NCBI RefSeq assembly: GCF_046119375.1 | Contig: NW_027362768.1 | Location: 94,178,001-94,242,000, forward strand | DNA length: 64,000 nucleotides | Source of the DNA: Phyllobates terribilis | Taxonomy: Eukaryota | Reading direction: 5' to 3' | Shown: positions 1 through 11,986 of the stretch, one piece after another | Layout: each line of letters begins with the position of its first letter | How positions within the stretch are numbered: position 1 is the stretch's first letter | Translations under genes and position numbers: made by a program | The notes under the pieces: model-generated | Databases searched by the model: none | Seen by the model: the letters and a program-made list of their open reading frames with translations, nothing else | Told to the model about the DNA's origin: nothing

Positions 1-1521
1 GACATGAACAGTCTATAATTTTAAGGGTAGGTTAATTTTAACATTGAGAGATAGAATATCTCCCCCCAAAAAATCAAGAAAATCACATTGTATAAATTAG
101 ATAAATTTATTTGCATTTTGCAGTGAGAAATAAGTATTTGATCCAGTACAAAATATTATGTGTTCTGGTTCCTACAGACCAGTTAGACGCTCCTAATCAA
201 CTCGTTACCTGCATTAAAGACAGCTGTCTTAGATAGTCACCTGTATAAAAGGCTCCTGTCCACAGACTCAATTAATCAGTCAGACTCTAACCTCTACAAC
301 ATGGGCACGACCAAAGTGCTTTCTAAGGATGTCAGGGACAAGATCATAGACCTGCACAAAGATGGAATGGGCTACAAAACCACAAGTAAGACGCTGGATG
401 AGAAGGAGACAACTGTTAGTGCAATAGTAAGAAAATGGAAGAAATACAAAATGACTGTCAATCGACATCGATCTGGGGCACCATGCAAAATCTGACCTCG
501 TGGGGTATCATTGATCATGAGGAAGGTGAGAGATCAGCCTAAAACTACACGGGGGGAACTTGTTAATGATATCAAGGCAGCTGGGACCACAGTCACCAAG
601 AAAACCATTGGTAACACATTACGCCTTAAAGGTTTAAAATCCTGCAGTGCCCACAAGGTCCCCCTGCTCAAGAAGGCACATGTGCAGGCCCGTCTGAAGT
701 TTGCCAGTGAACACCTGGATGATTCTGTGAGTTATTGGGAGAAGGTGCTGTGGTCAGATGAGACAAATATTGAGCTCTTTGGCATTAACTCAACTCGCCG
801 TGTTTGGAGGAAGAAGAAGGATGAGTACAACCCTAAGAACATTGTCTCAACTGTGAAGCATGGTGGGGGAAACATTATACTTTGAGGGTGCTTTTCTGCA
901 AAGGGGACATGACGACTGCATCGTACTGAAGGGAAGATGGATGGGGGTCATGTATCGCGAGATTTTGGCCAACAACCTACTTCCCTCAGTAAGAGCATTG
1001 AAGATGGGTCGTGGCTGGGTCTTCAAGCAAGACAATGACCCAAAACATACTGCCAAGACAACAAAGGAGTGGCTTAAAAAGAAGCACATTAATATCATGG
1101 AGTGGCCTAGCCAGTCTCCAGACCTTAATCCCATAGGAAACTTATGGAGGGAGTTGAAGCTCCGAGTTGCCAAGCGACAGCCTCAAAATCTTAATGATTT
1201 AGAGATGATCTGCAAAGCGGAGTGGACCAAAATTCCTCCTGACATGTGGGCAAACCTCATCATCAGCTACAAAAAACATCTGACTGCTGTGCTTGCCAAC
1301 AAGGGTTTTGCCACCAAGTATTAAGTGTTGTTTGCCAGAGGGATCAAATACTTATTTCTCACTGCAAAATGCAAAAAAAATTATCTAATTTATACAATGT
1401 GATTTTCTTGATTTTTTTTGGGGGGGATATTCTATCTCTCAATGTTAAAATTAACCTATCCTTAAAATTATAGACTGCTCAAGTCTTTGTCAGTGGGCAA
1501 ACTTACAAAAACAGCAAGGGA
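1..1521 (+). mobile_element. Degenerate Tc1-like DNA transposon (long-TIR type); left end runs off the window
   Basis: ORF pieces 301-495, 511-885 and 860-1324 join into a Tc1 transposase (paired-type [31 protein letters not shown]) broken by in-frame stops and a frameshift. Bases 1-144 are the inverted complement of about 1341-1490. Confidence 0.9.
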
Positions 1522-2778
<1,257 letters not shown>

Positions 2779-3410
2779 TAGTAGTTATGGTGGAACTGCA
2801 TGTGGTGGAGTACAACTGACACTTATGGGGGCACTGCATGCGGTACTTATGGGGCGCTGCTCCGGGCGCTCCGCAATGATCCGGACAGTGCACTTGATAC
2901 GTAGCTATGGGGCATTACATGTCATTGCACCTGTAGGTAACGGGTTATTACGGAGGACCTATGCAGAGATCTAATAACCACATAAAGGATATATAGATCC
3001 ATAAATAAATCATAAGGAGTAACCCGAATTGATAAGGTCAATATGCAATACCTCCTTACAGTATAATAATCAATTTAAACAAATTAGTCGTCTGTTATTT
3101 CATAGCAATATTTTATTACAATTTTATTCAACACAGCAAAACTGAATAAAATTAAAAAACAACCCCTAAAAAATTCCCATAAAACCACAAGGGTGGTGTG
3201 GTGTACCACTATCTTATTGGCAAAGGGTAGTACATTATACAGTTTAATTCAATATATATCAATATCAACAGTATATTTACTGCATACATAAATTAATGCA
3301 TTTAGTTAAATACAGGGAGGTCTATATCAAATTCTATGACCTTATGGTCCATTGTACAAAGTGACTCAATATATAGCATTATTGCCAGTATATAATAGTA
3401 AACTTGCAAG

Positions 3411-5523
3411 CATAGGCGGATTATAATGAGGACGATCTGGGCTACCGCCCGGGGCCCCGAACCACCGGGAGCCCGGGGCTTCGGGGTGTCTATGGCCAGA
3501 TTGTCCTCATTATATGTGCGGCGCCGCGGCACATACCGGCAGACAGTGGCGGGGGGGCCCCCAGACCGCTCCCCCAGCAGCGGAGCACGGCCGCTGCTTC
3601 TTCTTTGGCTGGGCCAGCACTGCAGCAGTTAACTTCCCTGTGCTGGCCCGGCCGCGTCACTGCTAGGAGACACGGCCCTGTGCGAGGCCTTGTCTCCTAG
3701 CTGTGACGTCACACAGTGCGCACCCAGCCTGCAGTGCTGCACCGGAAAGGCACATGACCACTGGAGCCGAGCCGGGGGATGGTGAGTGTGTGTGTGCAGG
3801 CAGATATCATTATGTGATGTCTGTTTATATGTATTTTTGTGTTTCAAATGTGTTTATGTGTGTATGTATATGTCTGTATATGTTTGTGTGCGTGAGTGAC
3901 TGCGTGCGGCCTCCTGCTGAGTATAGATGGCGCCGTGCGGCCTCCTGCTGTCTCTGGGGGGGGCGCCGTGCGGCCTCCCGCTGTGTATAGATGGCGCAGT
4001 GCGGCCTCCCGCTGTGTATAGGTGGTGCCGTGCGGCCTCCCGCTGTGTATAGGTGGCGCCGTGCGGCCTCCTGCTGTGTATACATGGCACAGTGCGGCCT
4101 CCCGCTGTGTATAGGTGGTGCCGTGCGGCCTCCCGCTGTGTATAGATGGCGCAGTGCGGCCTCCCGCTGTGTATAGATGGCGTAGTGCGGCCTCCCGCTG
4201 TGTATAGGTGGCGCCGTGTGGCCTCCTGCTGTGTATAGGTGGCGCCGTGCGGCCTCCCGCTGTGTATAGGTGGCGCCGTGCGGCCTCAAGCTGTGTATAG
4301 GTGGCGCCGTGCGGCCTCCTGCTGTGTATAGATGGCTATGTGCGGCCTCCCGCTGTGTATAGATGGCTACGTGCGGCCTCCCGCTGTGTATAGATGGCTA
4401 CGTGCGGCCTCCTGCTGTGTATAGATGGCTACGTGCGGCCTGCTGCTGTGTATAGATGGCTACGTGCGGCCTCCTGCTGTGTATAGATGGCTACGTGCGG
4501 CCTCCTGCTGTGTATAGATGGCTACGTGCGGCCTCCTGCTGTGTATAGATGACTACGTGCGGCCTCCTGCTGTGTATAGATGGCTACGTGCGGCCTCCTG
4601 CTGTGTATAGATGGCTACGTGCGGCCTCCTGCTGTGTATAGATGGCTACGTGTGCTCAATATTGAGTCATACAATTAATGTAAGGCTATGTGCCCACGAT
4701 GTAGAAATGCTCCGGATTTTTTTTGAGCGTTTCTGCATCTCCCTGGCAGAAAAAAACGCATGCGGATTGTACATGCGGATTGTACATGCGTTTTTCCTGA
4801 CAGGGACATGCGGAAGTGAAGCGTTCTTCACATGCATTTCCGCATGCGGGTTGACAAGCGCTTTCCAAGCGATTTTAGCATCACTTGGAAAGTGCTTGAC
4901 AACTTGGTCACACTATATAAATCCATGCAACTGGCATGGATTTATATAGTGTGACTGTAAAAGAATGGTAAAAAATAAATATATACTTACCTTCTGATGG
5001 CCTGCCGACGTCAGCGGTCGCGTGACCCGTCACATGACTAAATGACGTCACGGCAGGTCCTTTTCAGACCATTGCGAGCTGCTGGCAAGCCAGGACGCAT
5101 CGGATAAAGACACCGGGGGCCATCAGAAGGTAAGTATAATATTTATTTTTTATTTATTCTTTTTTTTACAGGTTCTATGGTACCCGGGTCCGGAGGAGAG
5201 TCTCCTCTTCTCCTAACCCGAGTACCATTCGCACATTGAAACGCTTGGATTCTGCATGTACAGATGCAGTGATGCAGATTCCATGTGTTCCAATGCAAGT
5301 CAATGGCGGCGAAAACGCAGCGCTACCGCAAAATAATTGGTAGTGCTGCGGATTTTTCCACAATGATAATACGCAGCATGTGCACAGCACATGCAGATTA
5401 TAATTGGGGAACATGGCAGACCTTCTACCAAGAATTTTTAAGCGTTTCTGCAGTGTGTGTGTGGGTGGGAGGGGGGTGTCTTCTAAACTGCCCGGGGCCC
5501 TTGCTACTCTTAATCCACCCCTG
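3411..5523. mobile_element. Non-autonomous hAT-type element
   Basis: Imperfect TIRs CATAGGCGGATTA / TAATCCACCCCTG (10 of 13 match). 8-bp TSD cttgcaag at 3403-3410 and 5524-5531. No transposase. Confidence 0.7.
3902..4651. repeat. GC-rich minisatellite, ~30-bp unit gcggcctcc(c/t)gctgtgtata(g/a)atggc..., about 25 copies
   Basis: Directly visible tandem array. The unit drifts from ...ggcgccgt to ...ggctacgt along the array. Confidence 0.95.
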
Positions 5524-5949
5524 CTTGCAAGCAATAGTAAACTTGCAAGATTTGCTTGCAAGTTTACTATTATATACTGGCAATAATGCTATATATTGAG
5601 TCACTTTGTACAATGGACCATAAGGTCATAGAATTTGATATAGACCTCCCTGTATTTAACTAAATGCATTAATTTATGTATGCAGTAAATATACTGTTGA
5701 TAATGATATATATTGAATTAAACTGTATAATGTACTACCCTTTGCCAATAAGATAGTGGTACACCACACCACCCTTGTGGTTTTATGGGAATTTTTTAGG
5801 GGTTGTTTTTTAATGTTATTCTGTTTTGCTGTGCTGAATAAAATTGTAATAAAATATTGCTATGAAATAACAGACGACTAATTTGTTTAAATTATTATAC
5901 TGTAAGGAGGTATTGCATATTGACCTATGCAGAGATTTGCCTGTATGGC

Positions 5950-6450
5950 AGAAATGTGACGGGCACTCGGGTGGGCACTATGCTGCACTGTTGTTCTCAC
6001 CGCTCTCCATTTCCTCACCTGATCTCCGCCTCAGTACAATGACCGGAGACGCGTCGCCATGGAGACCACTGCTCCGCCGGAAGTGCGTATCAGGCCTCTT
6101 CCTGGACTAGGAGAGCGAGTCCGTACAGACGTGCCTCCCAGTGACAGCCGCGGCAGGGGGAAGAGAGAGGCGGCGGACCTCTTCCGGTCGTAAAGGAAGA
6201 CTGGAGAGTCCGGTTGGGAAGCGGCTGTGTCTGGTATCAGCTACGTGGACCGGCGCGGACACTGAGAGGAGAGGCAGCGGCAGGCTGAGGGGTGACACAA
6301 TGCCCGGTCCATGAGTGGCGCTGAGCCGCTGTCCGTACACACCGAGCACCGTGCTGTGCCGTCACTTCCTATTGACACAGTGCTACATTGTAACGGGTCG
6401 TGCACCGGGAGTCACGATCAGCCCCATCATCGTCTGCTCCCACCAGGTAT
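5950..6450 (+). promoter_or_regulatory. CpG island / probable klhl20 promoter and non-coding first exon
   Basis: Local CpG/GC enrichment. ETS/GABP-type motifs ccggaagt (6077-6084), cttccggt (6181-6188) and gtcacttcc (6361-6369). Candidate donor caccag|gtatgt near 6446. Exact exon limits are not determinable. Confidence 0.6.
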
Positions 6451-7225
6451 GTGCTGGTGACAGGATCGGGGTCATAACTGTGAGGGATCAGGTACTACAC
6501 CGTGCTGAGCCTAGTGTCATACATAAAGGGGGCTTCTAGTCTGCTGCAGATGACCCCCCCCCCCCCCCCACAACCTTCTCCCATGTGATGGTGTGTGATC
6601 TTATGCCGCCAGGAGTGCGTCCCCAGGGGCTGTCCGGCAGAGGGCCATCAGTTAGAAGTCCGGTGTAAAGTAATATCCGCTCTCATCCGTCCCCCAATGG
6701 CCTCAAAACCCGGGAAATGGCTAAAAATGCCGCCCAGTCAATCACTGGTTGCAGCGGTGACTGGCCTCAGCCGGTGGCTGGAAACATTGGGCCACCGATG
6801 TCCAGACGTGAGCAGGCAACTGGACTGAGTGAGGAGCCATGTAGCCATTGTGGTCATGTGTAGCCATAGTATCCTACCGGCGGTTTTACAGGTCATTGTT
6901 TTTTAGTACAATAAGGGGTTAATAAAAAAACAAAAAAATGTTCATTTTCTTTTTCTGAATCACAGATCAAATTCTGCCATTTAAATCAGTGGGTCTATGA
7001 TGAACACAGCCCATGATGGCGTCTGCGTGTCATCCAAGTCGTGTCCTTTTCTTACTGTTTAATCCTTAAGAGAAGCTTGGAATATTTTATTTTTGTTTGT
7101 GAAAAAAATTAGTTTAAACACCAATGGTAAAAATAGACAAGTGGGTGAAAATTAGATCCTGCACACTGACAGGCAGTCCGTTTTTTTTCTTGTATGTAGA
7201 AAAAAAAAACAAGTCTTAATGAGCC

Positions 7226-7645
7226 TTAGGCCACGGCCCTAGGCTCCACTATCAGTATTTTATCTCAGGAGTGGGTGATAAATGCAGAATTGGTGCACTT
7301 TAGTGATGAGAGAGTATGCCTCATTAACCCTTTCGGCGAGCACGCTCGGGTGCTGGCCGAGTATTTTGGCGTACTCAGCATTACATTCATTGTCGCTGCG
7401 CCTGCAAGTGTCACAACTGTTAGACAACTGTGACACTTGTGACAATGAATGAAACGCCGAGGATGTCAAAATACTCGGCCAGCACCCGAGCGTGCTCGAC
7501 GAAAGGGTTAATGAGGCATACTCTCTCATCACTAGTGCACTTGTTTCTATTATACCTTTTCTCTGATTGTTCCTCACCTGGTTTTGGCTCCCACTCCTGA
7601 GAAAAAATACTGACCGAATACTGATGGTGGGGTCGTGGCCTAAAG
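7226..7645. mobile_element. Small MITE (aggccacg...cgtggcct ends) interrupted by a nested hAT MITE
   Basis: Terminal inverted sequences around atcagtatt / aatactgat. An uninterrupted copy in opposite orientation lies at about 34481-34652. Confidence 0.65.
7301..7534. mobile_element. Palindromic hAT MITE (TAGTGATGAG family)
   Basis: Near-perfect foldback with TAGTGATGAG/CTCATCACTA ends. 8-bp TSD gtgcactt at 7293-7300 and 7535-7542. Confidence 0.9.
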
Positions 7646-10555
7646 GAATTGTCTGGACATAATAAAACTCTGCCCTTGAGATGGGATATGTAGAAAAAAA
7701 ACTGTCATACTTGCCCACCTGGATGCAGAGACCGGGAGCGGTGATGTCACTGTTCCACCAGCTGGCAGACCCCATGCGTCCTGTGATTGGCTGCAGCATT
7801 CAAATTTGAGCAGCTCGTCATCATAAAACTTCCGATAACACGCTGCTGAAGTCACCTGATCCCTACAATCAATCATAGGCTGCAGCGGTCCAGCTGCTGG
7901 TGAATCACTGCTCCTGTCTCTGCACAGACCATGGAGCAGTGGGTGCCGGTAGGCGAGTGTGACTTAGTCTATTTTTTTTTAATGCTCTAAGCTAATTGTC
8001 AACTTTCAGTTTTGCCTATAAGGTTCACCTCCTGGATAACCCCTAAAGCTTGGCTCTGTGCACACTAAGCTCAGCATGGAAAAGCTCCCACTGCATACAC
8101 TGCAGATACACCTCATGTATGCAGAGTCTTTTTGCTTACATCAGTGAGTTTTGCAGTCACATACTTGTTATTGGCCTACATTATAGACCCTTAAACAAAT
8201 TATGTAAAACAGGTGCAACGTAGAGTATATAGGGCATAAAACAGATTTTTATTAATACATAATTAAAATCTAACCATCAAAATCGTACAGTATTACAATA
8301 TGTATTGTTAATCATAATCCAAATCAGAGATAAGGTGCAAAAAAAGCCGTCACACCCCCCCCAAAAAACATGTGGGCCCTAATAGACATTTAGCACGACC
8401 AGCGGACCACTGGCATTTATAGTAACCACTAGTGTGTATAATTGCCACATCTTAAGAATCAAGAAAGGTCCCACTTACCGACTAATACCATAGGGGAACA
8501 TGGAGGGGTGAAAGATAAATCGTCACCTGGCCAGGAAGGAGTCCTGACGCGCGTTTCGCCACTGAAGCTGCAGGCTTTCTCAAGAGGCAAATTATGTAGA
8601 CGCTCTGGGACTGTGCGGATACCTGCTTGCTGACATCATGTTGGGACACGTGACCGCTGCAACCAGTTAATGTGGTCACACTTCTGTGTGCATGCTCCAT
8701 TAGCTGGATCAGCTGCAGCTACTCTATTCATTTGGAAATGTCAGAAAGTTTCCAGCTGCAGCATCAGTCTCCTGTGTAGTTTCTGTGTATAATGTATTGT
8801 CGCTCCGGTCTGTTACATGCATGAAGTGACGCCTTGTGTGCAATGTGACATTTACTGTTGTTCTGTGTGACTTGAATTGTATAAGGTTGCATTACATGAC
8901 TCATTCCTAGCAGGCGAGGATCTGCTACATGATGACATTCTGCTTTTTGTCATTGAGGTTACTGCCAGTGAAATTGCTTTTAAATGCCCATTTATACAGC
9001 AGCTTTTCTCATCTGTTTTTAAAGCTGATATTCCACAAAGGGCACATCAGACATCCATACAAATCAGTGCTAGATCTGACCGCAATGCACAGACTGGCCG
9101 CGGGTCTCCTGACCTGAGCGTAATCGCTTTATAGAAATACATGAAACTGTCATGCTCGTGTCGGGAGTCTCCAACCAGTCGTCATATCTAGCACTGATTG
9201 ACAGGGATGTCTGACTGCGCCCAGACCCTAGAATTTATTGGAACAATTCACCCATCGCACAACCTGGATCGGCTGCCTGTTCTGTTACTCAGCTTGTGCC
9301 CTAATCTCATGTAATTCAATGGGCCTGATCAGATGATGAGCATATATCGTCTATACAAGTGTATAGGTGCAGAAAAATATGCAGTTTTCAAACTTTTCAT
9401 ATGGATCAACTGTGTAGCATCTGTGTTTTTTTTTTTATTATTATTTATTTATTTTTTTCATGCATCACCATTATTAACCTAGGAACACTGGTTCTCCCGG
9501 GGCTTGCGTAACATTGGCTGCAGGGCTCGCGTGACAGTCAGCAGCTACTTCACTGTCACCTACTTCAGACAAATCAGACATCCGGAGGAAATGAGAGCAG
9601 CCGCAGCTCTGATTACTCTGCTTGTCAGTTACAACCGAAGTGGAGAATAGTGAATCTGCCGCTGACAATGTCACTCGAGCCCTGGGAGGCAGGCGGCGGC
9701 ATCTCTGGAACGGCATCCGCAGAAAAGGAAAGTATAGCTGCTATTACTCGTATAAGAGGGGGAATATAGTAATGCATACTACGTCTGGATTTGCAAGCAG
9801 AAAATCCGCTGTATATTACATTATCAGTAAAGTGAGTAAGATGTTATTTTATCTCATAAATCCACAACCTATCATTATTGCAGATTACACCCGTTGCAAT
9901 GCATATGGAAAAATCTGCAGCAAAACTTACTGTAGATTCACTGAGGATCCGTGCAAAAACCTCTGCGGACAATCTGTGCATGTGACAGTATCCTTAGAGC
10001 CTATATGATCTGTATAAAGAGGGGAGGACACATGCAATAAATGTCATGTATTGGGGTCTGACGGTCCCCGGCAACAGAAATCAGTAGACATCCTCTGCGC
10101 AAAAGGGCGTGATTGTGGTTGAGCGATAGATGGACTGAACAGCTAACCTTGTATGTTTGGCTGGTATTGGGGTCTTTGCCCCTACATCATTCTGCTCTCA
10201 GATTAAATAGCAAAAATTTAGTGACAGTTTCCCTTTAAAGGCACTCTAAACTACCAATCCGCAGCACGTCCCCCCATTAATCTCTTCCGTTCCTTTTATC
10301 CTATTTAGCCTCATATTACAATTAGACTGTTGTAAGTGAACTAGCGGCAATGGCAGCCTCCCTGCCTGCCCCGGCTGCAGTGTTACCTATCATCCAAGAC
10401 TCACTGTCCCCAGACAGATATTAAAGTATGTTTGCTCTGAAACGTTGGATGACTTCAAAGTAAAAAATACACGGTGGTAATCACAAAATCAGACCTTGAT
10501 TCATGCTGCCCGTGCTTCTGCAAGGATGAATAGGATGACAGGTTCCCTTTAAGGT

Positions 10556-10820
10556 GTAATGGTGGCTCAGTGGTTAGCACTGCAACCTTGCAGCGCTGGG
10601 GTCCTGGGTTCAAATCCCACCAAGGACAACATCTGCAGGGAGTTTGTATGTTCTCCCCATGTTTGTGTGGGTTTCCTCCAGGTTCTCCGGTTTCCTTCCA
10701 CACTCCAAAGACATCCTGATAGGGAATCTAGATTGTGAGCCCCAATGGGGACAGTGATAGTAATGACTGTAAAGCGCTGCAGAATTGATAATGCTGTATA
10801 AGTGCGCAAAATAAATAAAA
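10556..10820 (+). mobile_element. tRNA-derived V-SINE
   Basis: A-box tggctcagtgg (10563-10573), B-box ggttcaaatcc (10607-10617), V-domain ttctcccc...gtgggtttcctcc...ctccggtttcc, and LINE-like tail gtaaagcgctgc...aaataaataaa. Confidence 0.85.
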
Positions 10821-11963
10821 CTTTTTTATTTACTTAATTTATTTTTTTAAATAAAATCCGAAACGATATAATCTTAATAGAGAAATCCTCTTTTTTTTTC
10901 TTTTTTTTTTTTTCTCCTGGACTGATCTTTCACTCTCAAAATTGTCAATTTATGGAAAAAAAATCTGTCTTTAGTGATTAGACGTTCCCATTGCTGAATA
11001 GGAGGTGACAATTGGTGCTTATAAAGTTCTATGGAGAACTGTAACTGCCGTGTCAGAAGATCGTGGAGCAGAATGTCTGTGTCTGCCTCTAGCTGTTCTC
11101 CTCTCCATAGACCTTTATCGGCACCAACTGTCACCTCCTCTCTCAATAACAGGAAAATCTTTCTTCATTGAATACAAATTTTACCTCTCAATTGACCGTG
11201 AATGATCAGTCCAGGAGGAGAAAGACGCAGCCTTTCCTGATAAAATATATTACAAAGTTGCTTATTTTCATGTGTATTATAGATTTATGAAATAATAATT
11301 ACATTGGCGGTTACTCTTTAATGTCCCTTTATTACCATTACTTCTGCCTGGATGTGAAGCCTCTTCATGCAGACAGCGTAGCCTCCTTGGCGGCTGATGA
11401 TTATGGGTATAAATGTGCCCTGTACACGTCTTTCCCCATTGTATGTTCTCACTTTTTAATATGAATTTCCTTCAAAGCCATTATTTCCTGATTGTGAGCT
11501 GAGAATCACTTAGCGGAGGAATGTGGAGTGTAATTGAAAGCCGATGTGGAGAGGCCGCGCTGATGGAGGCTTCGTCTGGGTTCTGGGATGGAATCCAGAC
11601 TTCTGACATTGCACAATTCCGCCGGATCTCCAGGACCTATGGATTTCTCATTAGATGTGTCGTGCGGGATCTTCTTAATGACGTCTGTCTAATTCTGTGT
11701 GTTGGAAAATGTGACCGGTGCTAGCTAGCAATATTCCTCATTTCCTGGATTGTTGAAGCGTTTTCTTACAATGTATTTTCTCTTGTAGATGCAGCAGGAA
11801 TTACTAGATCTGCAAACCGAAGACGCTAGAAACTGGAAACGACGTAGTTCTGCGAGCGGGATCACCCTGGCGGGTACCACACGTCGGACTGGTGGAGACT
11901 CCAGGTGTCTGTTTTCCCCATTACTGTTTTTCCACTTTGTGTGAAGAATTCTCTTCACTGTGC

Positions 11964-11986
11964 ATGGACAGAAAGCCAATGCGTAG
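11964..11986 (+). CDS. klhl20: klhl20 coding exon 1 (MDRKPMR-R)
   Basis: atg gac aga aag cca atg cgt ag|gtgagt. Resembles the MEGKPMRR N-terminus of mammalian KLHL20. Phase 2 fits the next exon. Confidence 0.9.

Larger units (their letters stand above)
3035..5926. repeat. Long inverted repeat, arms 3035-3410 and 5555-5926 (~376 bp)
   Basis: The arms match as reverse complements by eye (e.g. gaggtctatatcaaattctatgaccttatggtcc vs ggaccataaggtcatagaatttgatatagacctc). A 15-bp direct repeat gacctatgcagagat lies at 2956-2970 and 5922-5936. Confidence 0.9.

Noticed and set aside
3825-4289. Repetitive ORFs on both strands (e.g. 154 aa HGATYTQREAARRHLYTAGG...)
   Set aside because: They are translations of the 30-bp minisatellite, with no independent coding evidence.
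10400-10452. ctgaaacgttgg as a third hammerhead-like motif
   Set aside because: No recognisable CUGANGA-type strand or stem II upstream, so it is too degenerate to support.
10556-10630. Possible tRNA gene
   Set aside because: A and B boxes are present but continue into a V-domain and LINE-like tail, so it is a SINE head and not a cloverleaf tRNA.
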